Shown in pieces: positions 12,501 through 24,719 of a stretch of DNA of 64,000 nt. The position numbers and the translations under genes are program-made. The stretch spans positions 10,572,741 through 10,636,740 of the forward strand of contig OZ037768.1 of NCBI GenBank assembly GCA_964035545.1. The letters are read 5' to 3'. The notes under the pieces were generated by a model. The model was not told the DNA's origin and searched no databases. It saw nothing but the letters and a program-made list of their open reading frames with translations. The DNA is from Bugula neritina (Eukaryota; Animalia; Bryozoa). The first letter of the stretch is position 1, and each line of letters begins with the position of its first letter.

Positions 12501-14245
12501 TACACAGTAATATTTCACACTACTATCTACTATCTTGTTTACAGGTATTCTCTTCTGGTATGTTTGTTCAGGCCATGTTAGACTACCATTACACTTTGAA
12601 CAATGCACCAGCAAGGATCAGCTTTTCATTTCTGTCAAAAAAGGTTTGTCTTTTAAACTATGGGTTTCATGATCATTCATTCGGTGTATTAGATTGGGGC
12701 ACAGTTGTGGCTCAGTAGTTAAAGCACTAGTCTATCGCGTGTTAGGTTTTGGGTTTGAAACCCAACCGGGCTGTTGGTGATGTCAGGAAAGGTTTCTCGT
12801 CACAATTGCTCCTTCGATACTTTGAAAGCCCTTAAAACCACTTTGCCAGCATGGAGAGAGGCATAGTCCTTAGACCATATACTCTTAGCCTAGGGCCACA
12901 CGGTGCGTATTTTCGCATGCGAAATTTGAAATCACAAGTAGCAAAGGTGTCCACTGTGCGCGTTGAGAAAACGTTGGCACTTGCGTTGAAAATGCTGAGC
13001 GACAAGTGCGAATCGTCTCTGTCATCGTCACCTAATTGGCTGGTAGCTATTCAGCGAGCCCAATTTCTTTAATTTAGTGCTACATTCCAGCAAATTGCGT
13101 TCTATTGAAAGCGAGTGCAAATGAAAGCTTTATTTATCACGCATCACTGACGCTACAGTGGACACCTTTGCTACTTGTGATTTCAATTTTCGCATGCGAA
13201 AATACGCATCGTGTGGCCCTAGGCTAAGTACAGGGATAGAGACTTTGAACAGGTCTGAGTTTATAGGATTAGCTTCTTTTGCAAAAATATGTCGTATGGT
13301 TATTTGGGGTTATAACTAATAACATTACGATACATAATCTTTGGCAGGACATCACCATGTTGTGGCTATCACAGCTTGCATCTCGTATGCATCCTGAATA
13401 TTGGTATCCTCGCATATGTTCTAGAATATACATAGAAATATGTACTATTACTATACAATAATATAGACTGGTAATACTGCATGCATGCTGCACTTTGTAT
13501 ATCTATAGTTAGGCTTTATATATGCTTCTTGTGTTATATTGTATGTCTGGTGTTTACAGGAATGAGGCCAGAGAAATCAGCTCTGTTTGATGATGATTGC
13601 TGGGAGCTGATGTCTCACTGTTGGGATCCTGTCCCTTCCAGACGCCCTCTCACAGGCTCTGTGGAGACTGCACTCTATTCTATATATAGCAGGTAGGCCT
13701 GCCCCACACTGGAGGCTATAAGATACACTGTGCTGGGGGTCAGTAGGTGTAAGCTTGTGTTACACATGATTTGTAAAGTTGTTTCTAATCTGATGTTTTC
13801 TTGTCTGCAAACTTTAATGGTATCCCTCATTCTTAGTTTATTATGTATATTTTAAAACACATTTTAAGAGTTGCAAATATATTTATTGTTTATGTGATGA
13901 TATCCCGATAATTATGCCAGTCCCAATAACTACATTACTCCAGTCCAATAAATCAATGTACTTAAGGAGCATTATAGAAATTCAGTAAGACTCAGTAAAC
14001 AACTAACATATTTTTTATTTTCAAGTTCTATTCCATTGGATGAAATTCGATTCGTTTAATTTTCAATTTAGAAACTCTTTTGTGCTTTATGTTAGAAATC
14101 TTGTTGGCAATCCAATGTGAGTTTACCATATAAACCTGTTTTTTCATTTAGATACGAGGATAACCCAGATATGATCGCCATTAAAAATCAAATACCATCG
14201 GACAAAAAATCAACATCTGGCCGAAAGCGACAATCTAGGCATTAG
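560..14245 (+). CDS. DSTYK: Dual serine/threonine and tyrosine protein kinase (DSTYK/RIPK5/Dusty), 18 coding exons, ~921 aa
   Basis: Exons, all GT-AG and phase-compatible, total 2766 nt: 560-695, 1601-1790, 2253-2422, 2831-2988, 5761-5905, 6184-6388, 6833-7053, 7239-7391, 7729-7919, 8598-8695, 9147-9355, 9832-9988, 10252-10407, 10794-10884, 11162-11321, 12545-12643, 13560-13692, 14152-14245. Family-typical motifs: [119 protein letters not shown]. The first and last exons are least certain. Confidence 0.95.
1799..1978. repeat. Degenerate minisatellite built from TCAAGTTC/TCGAGTTC/TCAAGTCATG subunits (~26-bp higher-order unit)
   Basis: Directly visible, starting 8 nt after the DSTYK donor at 1791. 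It explains the [11 protein letters not shown] repeats in the ORF track. Confidence 0.85.
5228..5433. mobile_element. MITE with ~24-bp terminal inverted repeats (CAGTG...CACTG), Tc1/mariner-like
   Basis: CAGTGCTCCCTCCATATCTTACTA (5228-5251) and TAGTGAGATATGGAGGTAGCACTG (5410-5433) are reverse complements with 2 mismatches. The right flank is TA and the left flank TG. There is an internal 14-bp perfect hairpin stem at 5348-5361/5377-5390. Confidence 0.6.
5472..5690 (+). mobile_element. tRNA-derived SINE, copy 1
   Basis: A-box-like TGGTCTAGGGTT and B-box-like GGCTCGAATCC, then a core (GGTGATGTTAGGAAGAGCATTCAGTCATAATTGCTCC) and tail (TCTCACAGGGATGGTGACTATAA) shared with five other copies in the window. 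Confidence 0.85.
8962..9112. repeat. 14-bp minisatellite (TACTCATCATATAT / TACTTATCATATAT), ~11 copies
   Basis: Visible tandem array ending ~35 nt upstream of the DSTYK acceptor at 9146. Confidence 0.85.
11321..11643. repeat. 23-bp minisatellite GGTAAGTGTAGTGTGACATGTGT x14, each unit containing a consensus 5' splice site
   Basis: The array begins at the last base of DSTYK exon 11162-11321 (G|GTAAGT). It is the source of the three spurious His/Thr-rich minus-strand ORFs. Confidence 0.95.
12140..12502. repeat. 16-bp minisatellite ACTATACAATACTTA(T/C), homogeneous from ~12240 and degenerate upstream
   Basis: Visible tandem array ending ~40 nt upstream of the acceptor at 12544. Confidence 0.9.
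12696..13262 (+). mobile_element. tRNA-derived SINE, copy 2 (diverged), interrupted by a MITE
   Basis: Head TGGCTCAGTAGTTAAAGC...GGGTTTGAAACCC and core TTGGTGATGTCAGGAAAGG...CACAATTGCTCC. The tail ACAGGGATAGAGACTTTGAAC...TGAGTTT resumes after 13226 and matches the copy-1 tail. Confidence 0.75.
12888..13224. mobile_element. 337-bp MITE with ~70-bp TIRs and TA target-site duplication
   Basis: The left TIR GCCTAGGGCCACACGGTGCGTATTTTCGCATGCGAAATTTGAAATCACAAGTAGCAAAGGTGTCCACTGT matches the reverse complement of the right end with 2 mismatches. TA lies at 12886-12887 and 13225-13226. Confidence 0.9.
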
Positions 14246-17200
14246 ATTTCTATCATAAAGAAAACTAAATATATAATATTTTTTCACAGTTTTCATTGTT
14301 TAGGAAAGTGTGTGTTTATTAACAGCATAATTATGTTTATTGTTCAACTTGTTTTAATTTTATTAAACATTCCATTTTCTATGTTTTAAATTAGCATAAA
14401 ATATCAAGTAGACACCTCAAGTTTTATACTTGTTACTACATGGTGCTTTTTGTATATATCGAGTTTCAGTCTTGACAATCACAAGAGATGTATATTTTTA
14501 TAGGATTCGTTTTTACCCGAATTAATAAAACATGTTGTCAATGCACTGTTATTGTTTGTCATGCAGTTTATCTACTCAGTGTCAAGGTTGTTTAACAATA
14601 ATGTTTGAAAGTTGCCTAAGAGTTATAATGTTGATAATGATATCAGTCTTAGGTCTATAGCTTGCTGCTTTCAACCTTCAAAAAGACATTGCGTTGTATA
14701 GGCCTACAATATTTTCTTTTTCCCATGTAGTAAACAAGGCACTTGTTGTGTTCTTGTATTTTTATTCCAAGATATATGAAGAAAACATTGCTTTCATTAT
14801 ATACATACATATTTTAAAATATAGCAGCAGAAATGATAAATTCTATTGGAGAAATCATTAAATGCAAAATAAAGCATAGCAAGCTATTGCAATATTCCAG
14901 CAGGGCTCTTGGATCAGCTATATCAGTTGCAATGGTATATTTAAATTAATAAATTTGCTCATTAAATCATGTCATTAATTACTTTGTTCAAATTTCTATA
15001 GGGGCATAGTTGCTATAACTTTTCCAGTGGAGAAATTTTATTCCTTATTTTTGAAATATTTACCGATACACTATTTATTAATTTGCATGGGTAAATAATG
15101 AAATTGCTTAGCAATGTACAATAATGTTGTATTATGATGCAATAACATGAAGTCTTATTATGATAATGTCTTTTTGTGATTCAAAACTTGAGTATTAAAT
15201 GATACACAAGTTTTTTGTTAGATTCAATGAAAATATGACCTCCACATTTGTATAATTAGTGTTAATAGTTTGATAGTTTAACATATAAACATTGAGTGTC
15301 CTCATATCTATATATTATATACATGTCAACATTTGTACTAGGGGGATAAGACTGAGTAATACTATATCTTCGCATTTGATATTATCTGGGAAAGTCTCAG
15401 ATTAATGGAACCATTGTTTGTTAAATAATACGAGGACAAGCACCTGAACAACTCAGCCTATTGAATGGAGTTTTTCATATATTTATAAACAAGCCTTTTA
15501 TTGTTCAAAAACGGTTTTTGTTTACATTTTATTTGTATGGATTAAATGCAGCCACTTGAGAGCATCACACATGGGAACTGCAACAGATGTTGAGAACAAA
15601 TCCTGAAAAATGTTTCCTAAGCAATATTTTGTTTATTTATTTGCGTAATTGCTTGTATGTCGTGTAATATAATAGTTACTTCAACTGACAATAACAGTAG
15701 GTGAAATCTGATAACAATGCAAGCAATAAACATAAAACAGTCCGACCATGCTACAAGAGTTCATTACACATTGATATTCTGTAGTGAGACAATACAAATC
15801 ATATGGAGTAAAATTGATTTCTTTTCTCAGTTCTCAGCTGGTACATGCTCTGTCAGCAATGCCCAGTAATTGGTTGCATGCTCACCTTGTATTTGCTGCT
15901 GATTGGGCAGTTTCTACCGAGCTGGCGTCATTCAGAAACTTTTCGATATACCATTGCAAAAGGGCAATTTACGCTTGTAATCGATAGCGTAATAACTTTT
16001 CTAATCAAAATTGCGCACTATATTCCAATAAATCCAATAACAAATTTGTGGGAAAAAATTCAGCTAGTAGATGATGAATAATCGAAAATTTGTAAAAGAA
16101 TTCCTCTTTAATCTGTGAACTGGAGTCTTTCTCAGCAATATATATATAATGGGCAAATTTGTCAGCTTTTTAAAACAAAGCAAATATTTTGCTGGCTTAT
16201 CTATGTGGTTAAGATATTTTTAAGAACTCACTCAATGTCATGTTTAACTTGGCAGTAATAAAATATGTAATCTTTGAATTTATAATTTAATTCAGTTAAT
16301 TATATAATATTTATTGCAGCAATAACATAATATCAGTGTTGATATCACATATTACATGCAGAAAATAGTCAATCCAATATAACTTTGACATACAACTAAA
16401 ATATATTTACATATATTTTGCAATGATGTTAACTTTTGTGTAAATTTAGGAATGCTTGCCACAAGTTTACACTGCTATTTGTTTCAAGTTGTGGGAAGAC
16501 TTTTGCATCAAGAAGAACAAAGACGCAAAATTTAAAGCACACTTATTATAATGCAGATAAAATGGAGTATTATAACGCATTGTTGACAATAAAAAATCAT
16601 AATTCCACAATGCTTATTTATAAAACAGGCAATAATTATACATTTGGCTGTGTTTTATAAACGTTTTTAGATGTTAATAATGTGGATTCTTTTGGGTAAT
16701 GTCTAAAATATATTCTACCACAACTCTTCATATTACATACTAAAAATCATAACCTAAAGATAAAGTTACCTCTGCAGTTTGTATGAAATATAAGTGCTTG
16801 CCATATGACATTTGAAATAACCAATCAAAATACTTCTTCATTAGCATAGGTTGATGCTTTTTAATAAAGTTTAAGTTATGACTAAATTTTTCATATTTTG
16901 TCTTCTTTTATTTCTATTAAACGCCTGATAGAAATACTTAAAAACCGAAAAACACAAAAGTAAATTGAAAGTCTATGCAGAGCTGGCCTTATTGAATCAG
17001 GCAATAAACAAATTTAATTATTTTAGACTTGTCAGCAATGAAGTAAAATGTTTACATTTGCCTGCCTCTCTAGATTTACATTAACTCTTTAAGTGGCTTT
17101 AGTAATTATTCATATCAAAATTGAAGAATGTGTACTCTTTAGATTTAATTGTATACAAAACGTTTGCACATATCAAAAATGTTCACACGGTTCAAAAGAT

Positions 17201-17374
17201 ATAAGATGTTACCGAATTTGTAAGCATGTATTGATTTATAGAAAGAATAAATACCTTTTAGTGTCATTCAATGTTGTGCATTTGCTTAAACAGCAAACCA
17301 AATCTGCTAGAATGTCATCTATTAATTAATTACACAGTATACAAGTAGCAAATGAATTTTATATGTTCAACATT

Positions 17375-20300
17375 ATGAAGTACAGTCTTATTTTACCATT
17401 TCTATTTCTGCTTTTTGGTAAGTAGTGCAATATATTAGTATTACCTGATTCTATAGACACAACAGTTGATTTGTTGTGTTGTGTACTACGTAACTGTGCA
17501 TGTCAAAATGTTCTATCTTCTAATTAATGCTGTATTATTCCATTATTCCAAGTTGGCAAAGATTAAGCTGCGCTAATAAAACATAAATAGAACTCAGGTC
17601 TGATGAAATTAAAAAAATTATTGTAATAATATAAAAATAGCCACACTCGTTTAAACATTATTGTTTTAATTTTTAGTATTTACTTTTTATTGTAGAAATT
17701 GTAAAAGGTAATGAACAAAATAGCAGAGTTGTTTTAAAGAAATATACAAGCTTTTATGACCAGAAGAGGCTATGCTCTGCTGATAAACCATTTGTTGATT
17801 GCGCAATATCACCATGCAAAGGTATTGTGTTGTTATCACATGTATGCAAACTTACAACAGTTGTACAATACTTAAACAATAGCAGCAAAATTTAAATTTT
17901 TTAGCAATTTAGCATGTTCAAACTTGTTTAAAGCAACAAATGAATCATGTACAAATATTTATTAATGAAAATGCTGTATTTATTTATTATTGTTGCTGGC
18001 CTCCCACCCACTTTGATCTGATTCAGCTTTGATTAACACTTCGCAATTGATTCTTTACTTTCAAATATTTCACCAAGTTTGTAAAATATTGCATCATGAA
18101 AACTATGTGGATGTTTTAATTTGTATAAGTTAATGAAACCTTTACAGAAATAAAAATAGTTAACCAGTGCATGCTGTGGAGTACTTTGTTGAACTGCTGT
18201 CACTACAGTAGTATGCTAGATGTGTTTATTTGCACACACCCTGTTACTTGGTATATTAATTTGTATCTGTTTGTAAGAAATCAAATGATAAAAGTTTGTG
18301 ACATAAATATAAATTTCAACTAAAAATAACTTGCAAAAGAAACTATTTATATTCATTTTTCTATGTAAATCTGTTACTTTTTATGACAACCATAATACAG
18401 ACATTATTATGCACGCATTTCTGCTTCAAACACATAAAATACTAATTCTATTGGTTAGGAAAATATTTCTGTTTAAATTCTAATACAAAGTACTTTCAAA
18501 GTGATGTTATAATTTAGCTGAAAGACTCCTTGGAATGAAGTGTGAGGCTCACCCGGATGCTGTGTGTGTCAACGAGTTTTGTGGTGGATGCGTTGCCAAG
18601 CACTATGTAAACAGAAAAGAAGTGCATTGTGGAAAAGGTTCGCAGTAAATCACAAATTTCTAGCAAAATTTTAGTATAAGATAAAGAGTTGTTTTAGAAA
18701 AAAAATATTTGGAGTTTGTAACATTTGATTAATGCATGTGCAGGAGAAATGAAGTAAATAAGCTTTTTCTGTATAGCTTAAATTGTGGCGGATATTTGCA
18801 TAGTTGAAGGTTAAACTGGTTATAAAAAAGTGTGAATCAACTTAATACAATTTCTAACCTCCTATATTTATTACATAAAAAATTCACATTTAACCATGAA
18901 TATAGGTGCCAGTTATCAAAATAAATGGCTGTAGAAGCTCCCATTGCTTTTCTTATAGGTTATGTAAGAGTAGGCCGACAGACATATTAGCTTAAAGACT
19001 TTTTGTCTGAATTATTAATGTACAAGCATAGGCAAAATAACAAAACCATTTTCGCCTATTTGAGACAAAAGGTTAATATAAAACATTTTTGTAGATAACA
19101 ACGTGATTTGTGAGTTACATAATTCTAGCTTAAGTTGTCCTACAAATCATATAATGAAGATAAACTTGGCAAAATATGGCAGAACGGACACAACTACTTG
19201 CAGACATTCTTATAACTTTGATGCAATGCACAGCAACACAGCGTGAGTAGCAAGTATTGTGTGTAGGTTGTCACTAGTGTGTGTGGTTATGTATGTAACT
19301 TAGAACTTGCTCCAGAGTTTATGTAGTATGTAAAAACTCTGTGTGTGTTTTTATAGTCACAATCCTTGTGAGAAACCCTGATGGTAAGGTTTATTTTAAA
19401 TTGGGCTAAGAACTTTTTTCTAAAGTAGCATTCAAAGAGCAATTATGACTGAATGCTCTTCCTAACATCACAGAAGTTGTTAGACTACAGCCACTGACTT
19501 CGTGTTTAATAGGCTAGCATTCTAACCACTACACCACAGCTGCTCCCTAGTGTATATGTAATATATAGACCAGTGTATTTGTTAAGATATATACTGCACA
19601 AACTTCAATGCTATATTAGTTTTATGATTGCATTCAATTTTGCCCATGCATTTGTAACTCATGCCCAGGTAAATATAACTCATTGTTGCTTTATGCATTA
19701 ATTTTACTGGCTGTTAGAACAATTGCTATGCATTGTGCATATATAAATACAAATACATAATTAAATGTGTATATTTTTACATAGTGTATTGAAACACAAT
19801 TGCACATATGGCATAAAGTAACTACATTGCACATTAAAGACAATGATTACATGAAAGACAATGTAGAATTAGATTTATTACACGAAACCCCAGCTGCATG
19901 TTAAGTGTGGTTAGATAGTGTGAGGAAATTATTATGGTGGTTTTATGTTATTGTGATAATCATTTTCCTCTACAATAGCCAATACAACTATCCCTGAAAC
20001 ATTATTTATACAAAAACAAACCCATAGTATACTGCTTTGCTTTAACTATCAGGTGTTTCTCTGCCAATGCCACTCAGATAGTAAAAGAGCAATGTGAAGG
20101 TCAAACAGCTTGCTGGCCCGATGTGTCAGTCAAAGTGTTTGGTGATCCTTGCCACGGAATATACAAATATTTAAAGGTTGACTTTGACTGCGTACCTATC
20201 CGCAATTATTATGAGGCCAAAGAACCAGGCAAGTGTCTTTGCTATGTTATGTGAAAGTTATAAATACTCAGGCAAGTTTCTCAGCAAGCTTATAGTCACT

Positions 20301-20836
20301 ATTCATGTGAGAAACCCCTGATAGAAGGGTTTTTTAAAGCGGGCCAAGGACTTATTTAAATGTGGCACAGGGGCAATTATGACTGAATGCTCTTCCTAAC
20401 ATCACCAATGGCCTTTGTCGGCTTGAACCCATGACATGATGTTTACTAAGCCAATATTTTGGCCTCTAGATCACGGCTGCTTCTTTTATGTGAAAGTAAA
20501 TAGTTCTGATTGATACATTATGCTTGAAAATAACATCCGATGGTGTATAACTTTATATTATAAAGCGCAACAACCAGACTGAAAGTTTATCAACATTCAT
20601 CTTAGCTTAATTGTGCATCGGAACTTTAAATGATACACATACCAGATAAAATAGATGACAAATTGTTCATTGTAGATGCTGTGGTGGTGGTACCAACAGA
20701 AAACCTGTCAGAGGCCGCAAAGCTTTTTCAAAAAGAAGACAACTACTATATCACTACAAATGACTGTTGCTGTAGTCAATTGACTTGGTTAGGGCTGGTC
20801 ATAAACACAGCCATTATTTTATTATTTAAAAGCTAA
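17375..20836 (+). CDS. Secreted, probably GPI-anchored lectin: signal peptide + Cys-rich CGGC module + SUEL/rhamnose-binding (Gal_Lectin) domain + hydrophobic C-terminus, ~257 aa
   Basis: Exons 17375-17417, 17696-17821, 18518-18637, 19095-19242, 20053-20228, 20676-20836 (774 nt, open frame). N-terminus MKYSLILPFLFLLFEIVKG. Cys module CSADKPFVDCAISPCK..CEAHPDAVCVNEFCGGCVAKHY..EVHC. SUEL signature ICE..LSCP..AKYGR..C..C..VKEQCEGQTAC..VFGDPCHGIYKYLKVDFDC. C-terminus QLTWLGLVINTAIILLFKS*. Largely absent from the ORF track because the exons are short. Confidence 0.88.
19351..19547 (-). mobile_element. tRNA-derived SINE, copy 3
   Basis: Reverse-complement core GAGCAATTATGACTGAATGCTCTTCCTAACATCAC and head end CCACAGCTGCTCCC. 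Confidence 0.8.
20265..20483 (-). mobile_element. tRNA-derived SINE, copy 4
   Basis: GGGCAATTATGACTGAATGCTCTTCCTAACATCACCAATGGCCTTT...TTGAACCCATGAC...TAGATCACGGCTGC, a close reverse complement of copy 1. Confidence 0.85.
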
Positions 20837-21994
20837 CCGTAAAAATAGCGAAGCAACTATCATTTTAACATAACATGATAAAATAAGGCTTTTAGAATTA
20901 TTTGCTCTTGTGGTTATTCATTAGATTGTGCGAAACATTTAGCAGTATTGAATAACTGTATATTATAATGCAAGAACTATGCTAAGCCAAAGGACTGTAA
21001 TATAGAATGGAGTATGTGCAATATACAATATTGTTGATCACATATTTCAATTGATGATGTAATAGATCATTAACCGTTGGAAACATACCATTTGTTGATC
21101 AGTATCATTCATTCTATTATATGCAGGCCTATTATTGCCACATCTAGTAACTATAGATGCAGTGGGAACTGTCCCAGTACAATTAATATGTAGCAAAGTT
21201 ATATATAAAACAATTATTAGTTAAAGGTATCAACTTTTTTTAAGTTGAGGAAGAAAAATCAAGTGTTGGAATAAACTGTATAAAATTGCCATAAAATATG
21301 CCGTCATCAAAAATCTGGAAAGTGAATGAAATCATTAAAGGAAAAGATATTCATATTTGTATGCAAAGACTAAATGGTGTACTTTTAGCTTGAGTGGAGT
21401 TAATTTGAACAGCCCTTGCTTCATTTAGTTTTAATAGTATAATTATTTTTATTATTATTCAGTTTTTAGTGTTATACTTCCACCCAATTAAGTAAATCTA
21501 CAATTAGATTTCAAAATTTATTTTTGTGACTCTCATAATATGCTTCAAGTTTAAGGAACAAAAATTTAAAGGCACACAAATACATCAACATGAATTAAAA
21601 CTCATACACATGCTATAATAAGATAAGTAAAAATATATTCTATAAGTAAATTCATTAAAAGTTATTTAAATTACGATGCATGCCTGATCAGAAAGTTAAA
21701 AAAGGTTTAAGAGAGAGAAACAGCTGATGGTTTTTATGATATCCTAGATAATAAAGCAATGGTGGTAAACATAGCAAATAAATATTTAAAATTAAAATAG
21801 AAACAAAATGTTAACAAGGATTTAAGATGAAACCACACAGCAACAAGTTATCTCCCTAAACATTTCACAGAAAAGCTAGTAATTTAACAAATCTATGGCA
21901 ACTATATACACATATTGATGATGACTTAAATACAGCTACACAGCTAAACTAGTACTATATTTAGATATAACGCGATGCTTGTTAGCCAAGCACT

Positions 21995-24514
21995 TCAAGC
22001 CTCGCTCTCACCCAAGTCTTCCAGGATGGGTACAATCAAGTTATCATTAGACATGAGGCCATACTTGAGTACATACGTGCTGAACCTCTTACAAAGTGCA
22101 GTCTCATTCTACAACAAGCAGCGGAATCTGTATAGATAGACTTTAATAAATATCATGAATAGTAGAACCTCAGTCATAACTTAAATCTAAAATCAAAAAT
22201 AGACACCACAACATATATCTTTCATATGTGTATGAGTGAGTCTTGGCTGTATGTATGTAAAAATATAGAGTTGTCTTACCTCAAACTCATCAAATATTGG
22301 CCTGTGATGGAAGTATGCATGGGAGAATATTCTATACACTCTTCTACATACTGACCCCAACTTCTGCACTGAAGACTCCTTAATGCTATTTCTAAAGTCA
22401 GAAATTATGTAATACTATTAGTAGTAGAATAAACACTTGCATAATATAGAGCAATTGTTATCTACAAAAAGAATTGAGAAAGAAAAGGTAACTCTCAATA
22501 ATTATTACCATGCACCAAAAACTTCTTTGATTTAATTTAAGAGAAAATGACTGATATTTTTACTAGTATGTACCCCAGGGTGAATTTGACATACAGAAAT
22601 CTAATCAGCCATTTCAAAAAATAGTAATGCTACTATATTCGTTAAAATTACTTAAAATTAAATTTTGTGATTTCAAGAAAAGCTTACCGGCTGGGGAAGT
22701 ATTTGCTACTATTTAGCAGACAAGCAGCGCCATCTAGTGTGTGTCGTGTATAGTCTATGGCAGGACACTAAAGAGACAAATGAAAATGCAGCTTCACATA
22801 TACACATAATAATAAACAACCATCATAATTCTCATTACACAATCAACTGCAAAGTAGTCTTAATAATCGGTGTTGGAAATCTTTTTTGTAAAGCTTTCAA
22901 ATGCCACACTCTACGAAATGTCCTTCACCTCTTTGGGTGTCTTGTGAGCTGCGCATAGGAAGATCCACTGCTCTGTGGCGGTCATCTGAGTGCAAGTTTC
23001 TGGATTACATTCCTCCTGCAACCTTACGGCCAGCCCATTTAACTCCATGCAAAACTGTCTGCAAGTAAATGAGATAATTATATCAATGTATGTTATAACA
23101 CTCTTCTTCAGCAGAAATCTATCTAGCTTTTCACTCAAATAGCATAAAATATAATCTAGCAAGATAAAATAATATATAATACGGAGTATCCACCTCAAAT
23201 GTTCGTATTTCCATACACCTTCATCTTGACCTTCTGGTGGTTCAAGGATTAAATCAATGTTGAACGTTTCAGTCTTAATCAACTGTTGGATATATTGTTG
23301 AACTAAAACTGTACTATCCATTTCCTCAAAAGATTGCGGTGGCCAATTACACCACTCCTAAAATAGAGTTTAATATACAATTGTAGTCACTCTAGAAATA
23401 TTTTTGATAGTGCAGATAACTCTAAAACACAATGCAAGGGAGTATTTATTGCTGCAAAATGCAGGCAAATTAAGTTATTCAGCTTTATAAAAGCGGTAAA
23501 CAAATATGGGTATATTGAAACTGCAGTGGCTACATAAGAGATGACAATTCCAAATTATTGTTCTTGAAGAAACTAATCCACCCAATAGGTTACAAAACCT
23601 CCCACATACAAACCAATATCCCTCCCATAATTTACAAAACTGAAGTATGTGCTTTGTAGATACTTAAAACAGCTAGAATAAGGTCAACTTGCTAAAATTT
23701 CTATTTTTTAATTAATTAAATGTACAGTCATATTGTTATTTATACTAAACTAGAATGGTTAGATATTAGTGAGTAGGCGTTACTTGTAATTACAATGTTC
23801 AGCCTGATAGCCACATACTGTTGCTTACATGATGGCATATGATTAATCCTAGTCTTATACTTTTAGTATTAGTACAAGCCTTTTCCTAACTAATACTATT
23901 ACAAAAATGGCAATTATACTCATGCTGTTGATGTTTGTGTTTCATTCAGCCAATTCTGTGACTGTTAAGACTATTCACATATTGGCCTTATCTTTTGTAT
24001 TTGTAAACGGTTACGGTTATATTTGGTGTCTGACTGACACAATATTCTGTTTCAAACGTTAAATCCTACTTCTGTTGTTTATGTTATACTCATATCTATA
24101 ATCATTATTTTATGTAATATGTTATCTTTTAAATCTTAGTACATTTTTTGGCCCAGAGACTCAGAGTGAGAATAATTGCATATCACATTAAATTTAATGA
24201 GTTATCATAAAAATCTAAGCCTGTGTAGTCTTTACTTACTAACACACTACAAACCTTAACATATAATCTTATTCTTACTCCAGCTCTCATTGAACAAAGT
24301 TTGAAATTCAAAATGATACTCATACTGATAATAATTATATTAACTTATAGTGTCAGTTAGTGTTACAGTTATCCAGTACCCACACTGCCTGTGCTTTAGT
24401 TCAACAAAAAACACTTGCTTTAGTTTAAACTTAGCTTACTGAAGATTTTGTTCCTGGGCGATTTCTCCGTATCGGTTCTTGGAGTTGATCATGATGAGCT
24501 TCTACATCAGTCAT
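21995..24514 (-). CDS. MOB4: MOB family member 4 (phocein), 6 coding exons, ~224 aa
   Basis: Exons (minus strand) 24514-24440, 23357-23194, 23058-22929, 22767-22688, 22391-22280, 22108-21995; 675 nt. Hallmarks: [132 protein letters not shown]. Confidence 0.97.
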
Positions 24515-24719
24515 ATCTACTTCTAATTCTTGACTCTAGTCATAGATTTGGTTATAATAAATGAATTTATATTATAAACAGGTGATAATTGGTGCTGCAA
24601 AGCCAAATGAGCTAAAACCAATCACAATAAGTATGACTTAGCAAAAGAAATTTTCAAATAGTATTATTTGTAAATGCTAGTGAACAAAACTGAAGTAATC
24701 TGAAATCAGAATAAATGAT

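Noticed and set aside
12125-12581. Tyr/Thr-rich ORFs
   Set aside because: 16-bp minisatellite read-through inside a DSTYK intron.
15784-16081. Overlapping ORFs upstream of the lectin gene
   Set aside because: No recognisable motifs or consistent splice partners. Composition suggests a repeat fragment or non-coding DNA.
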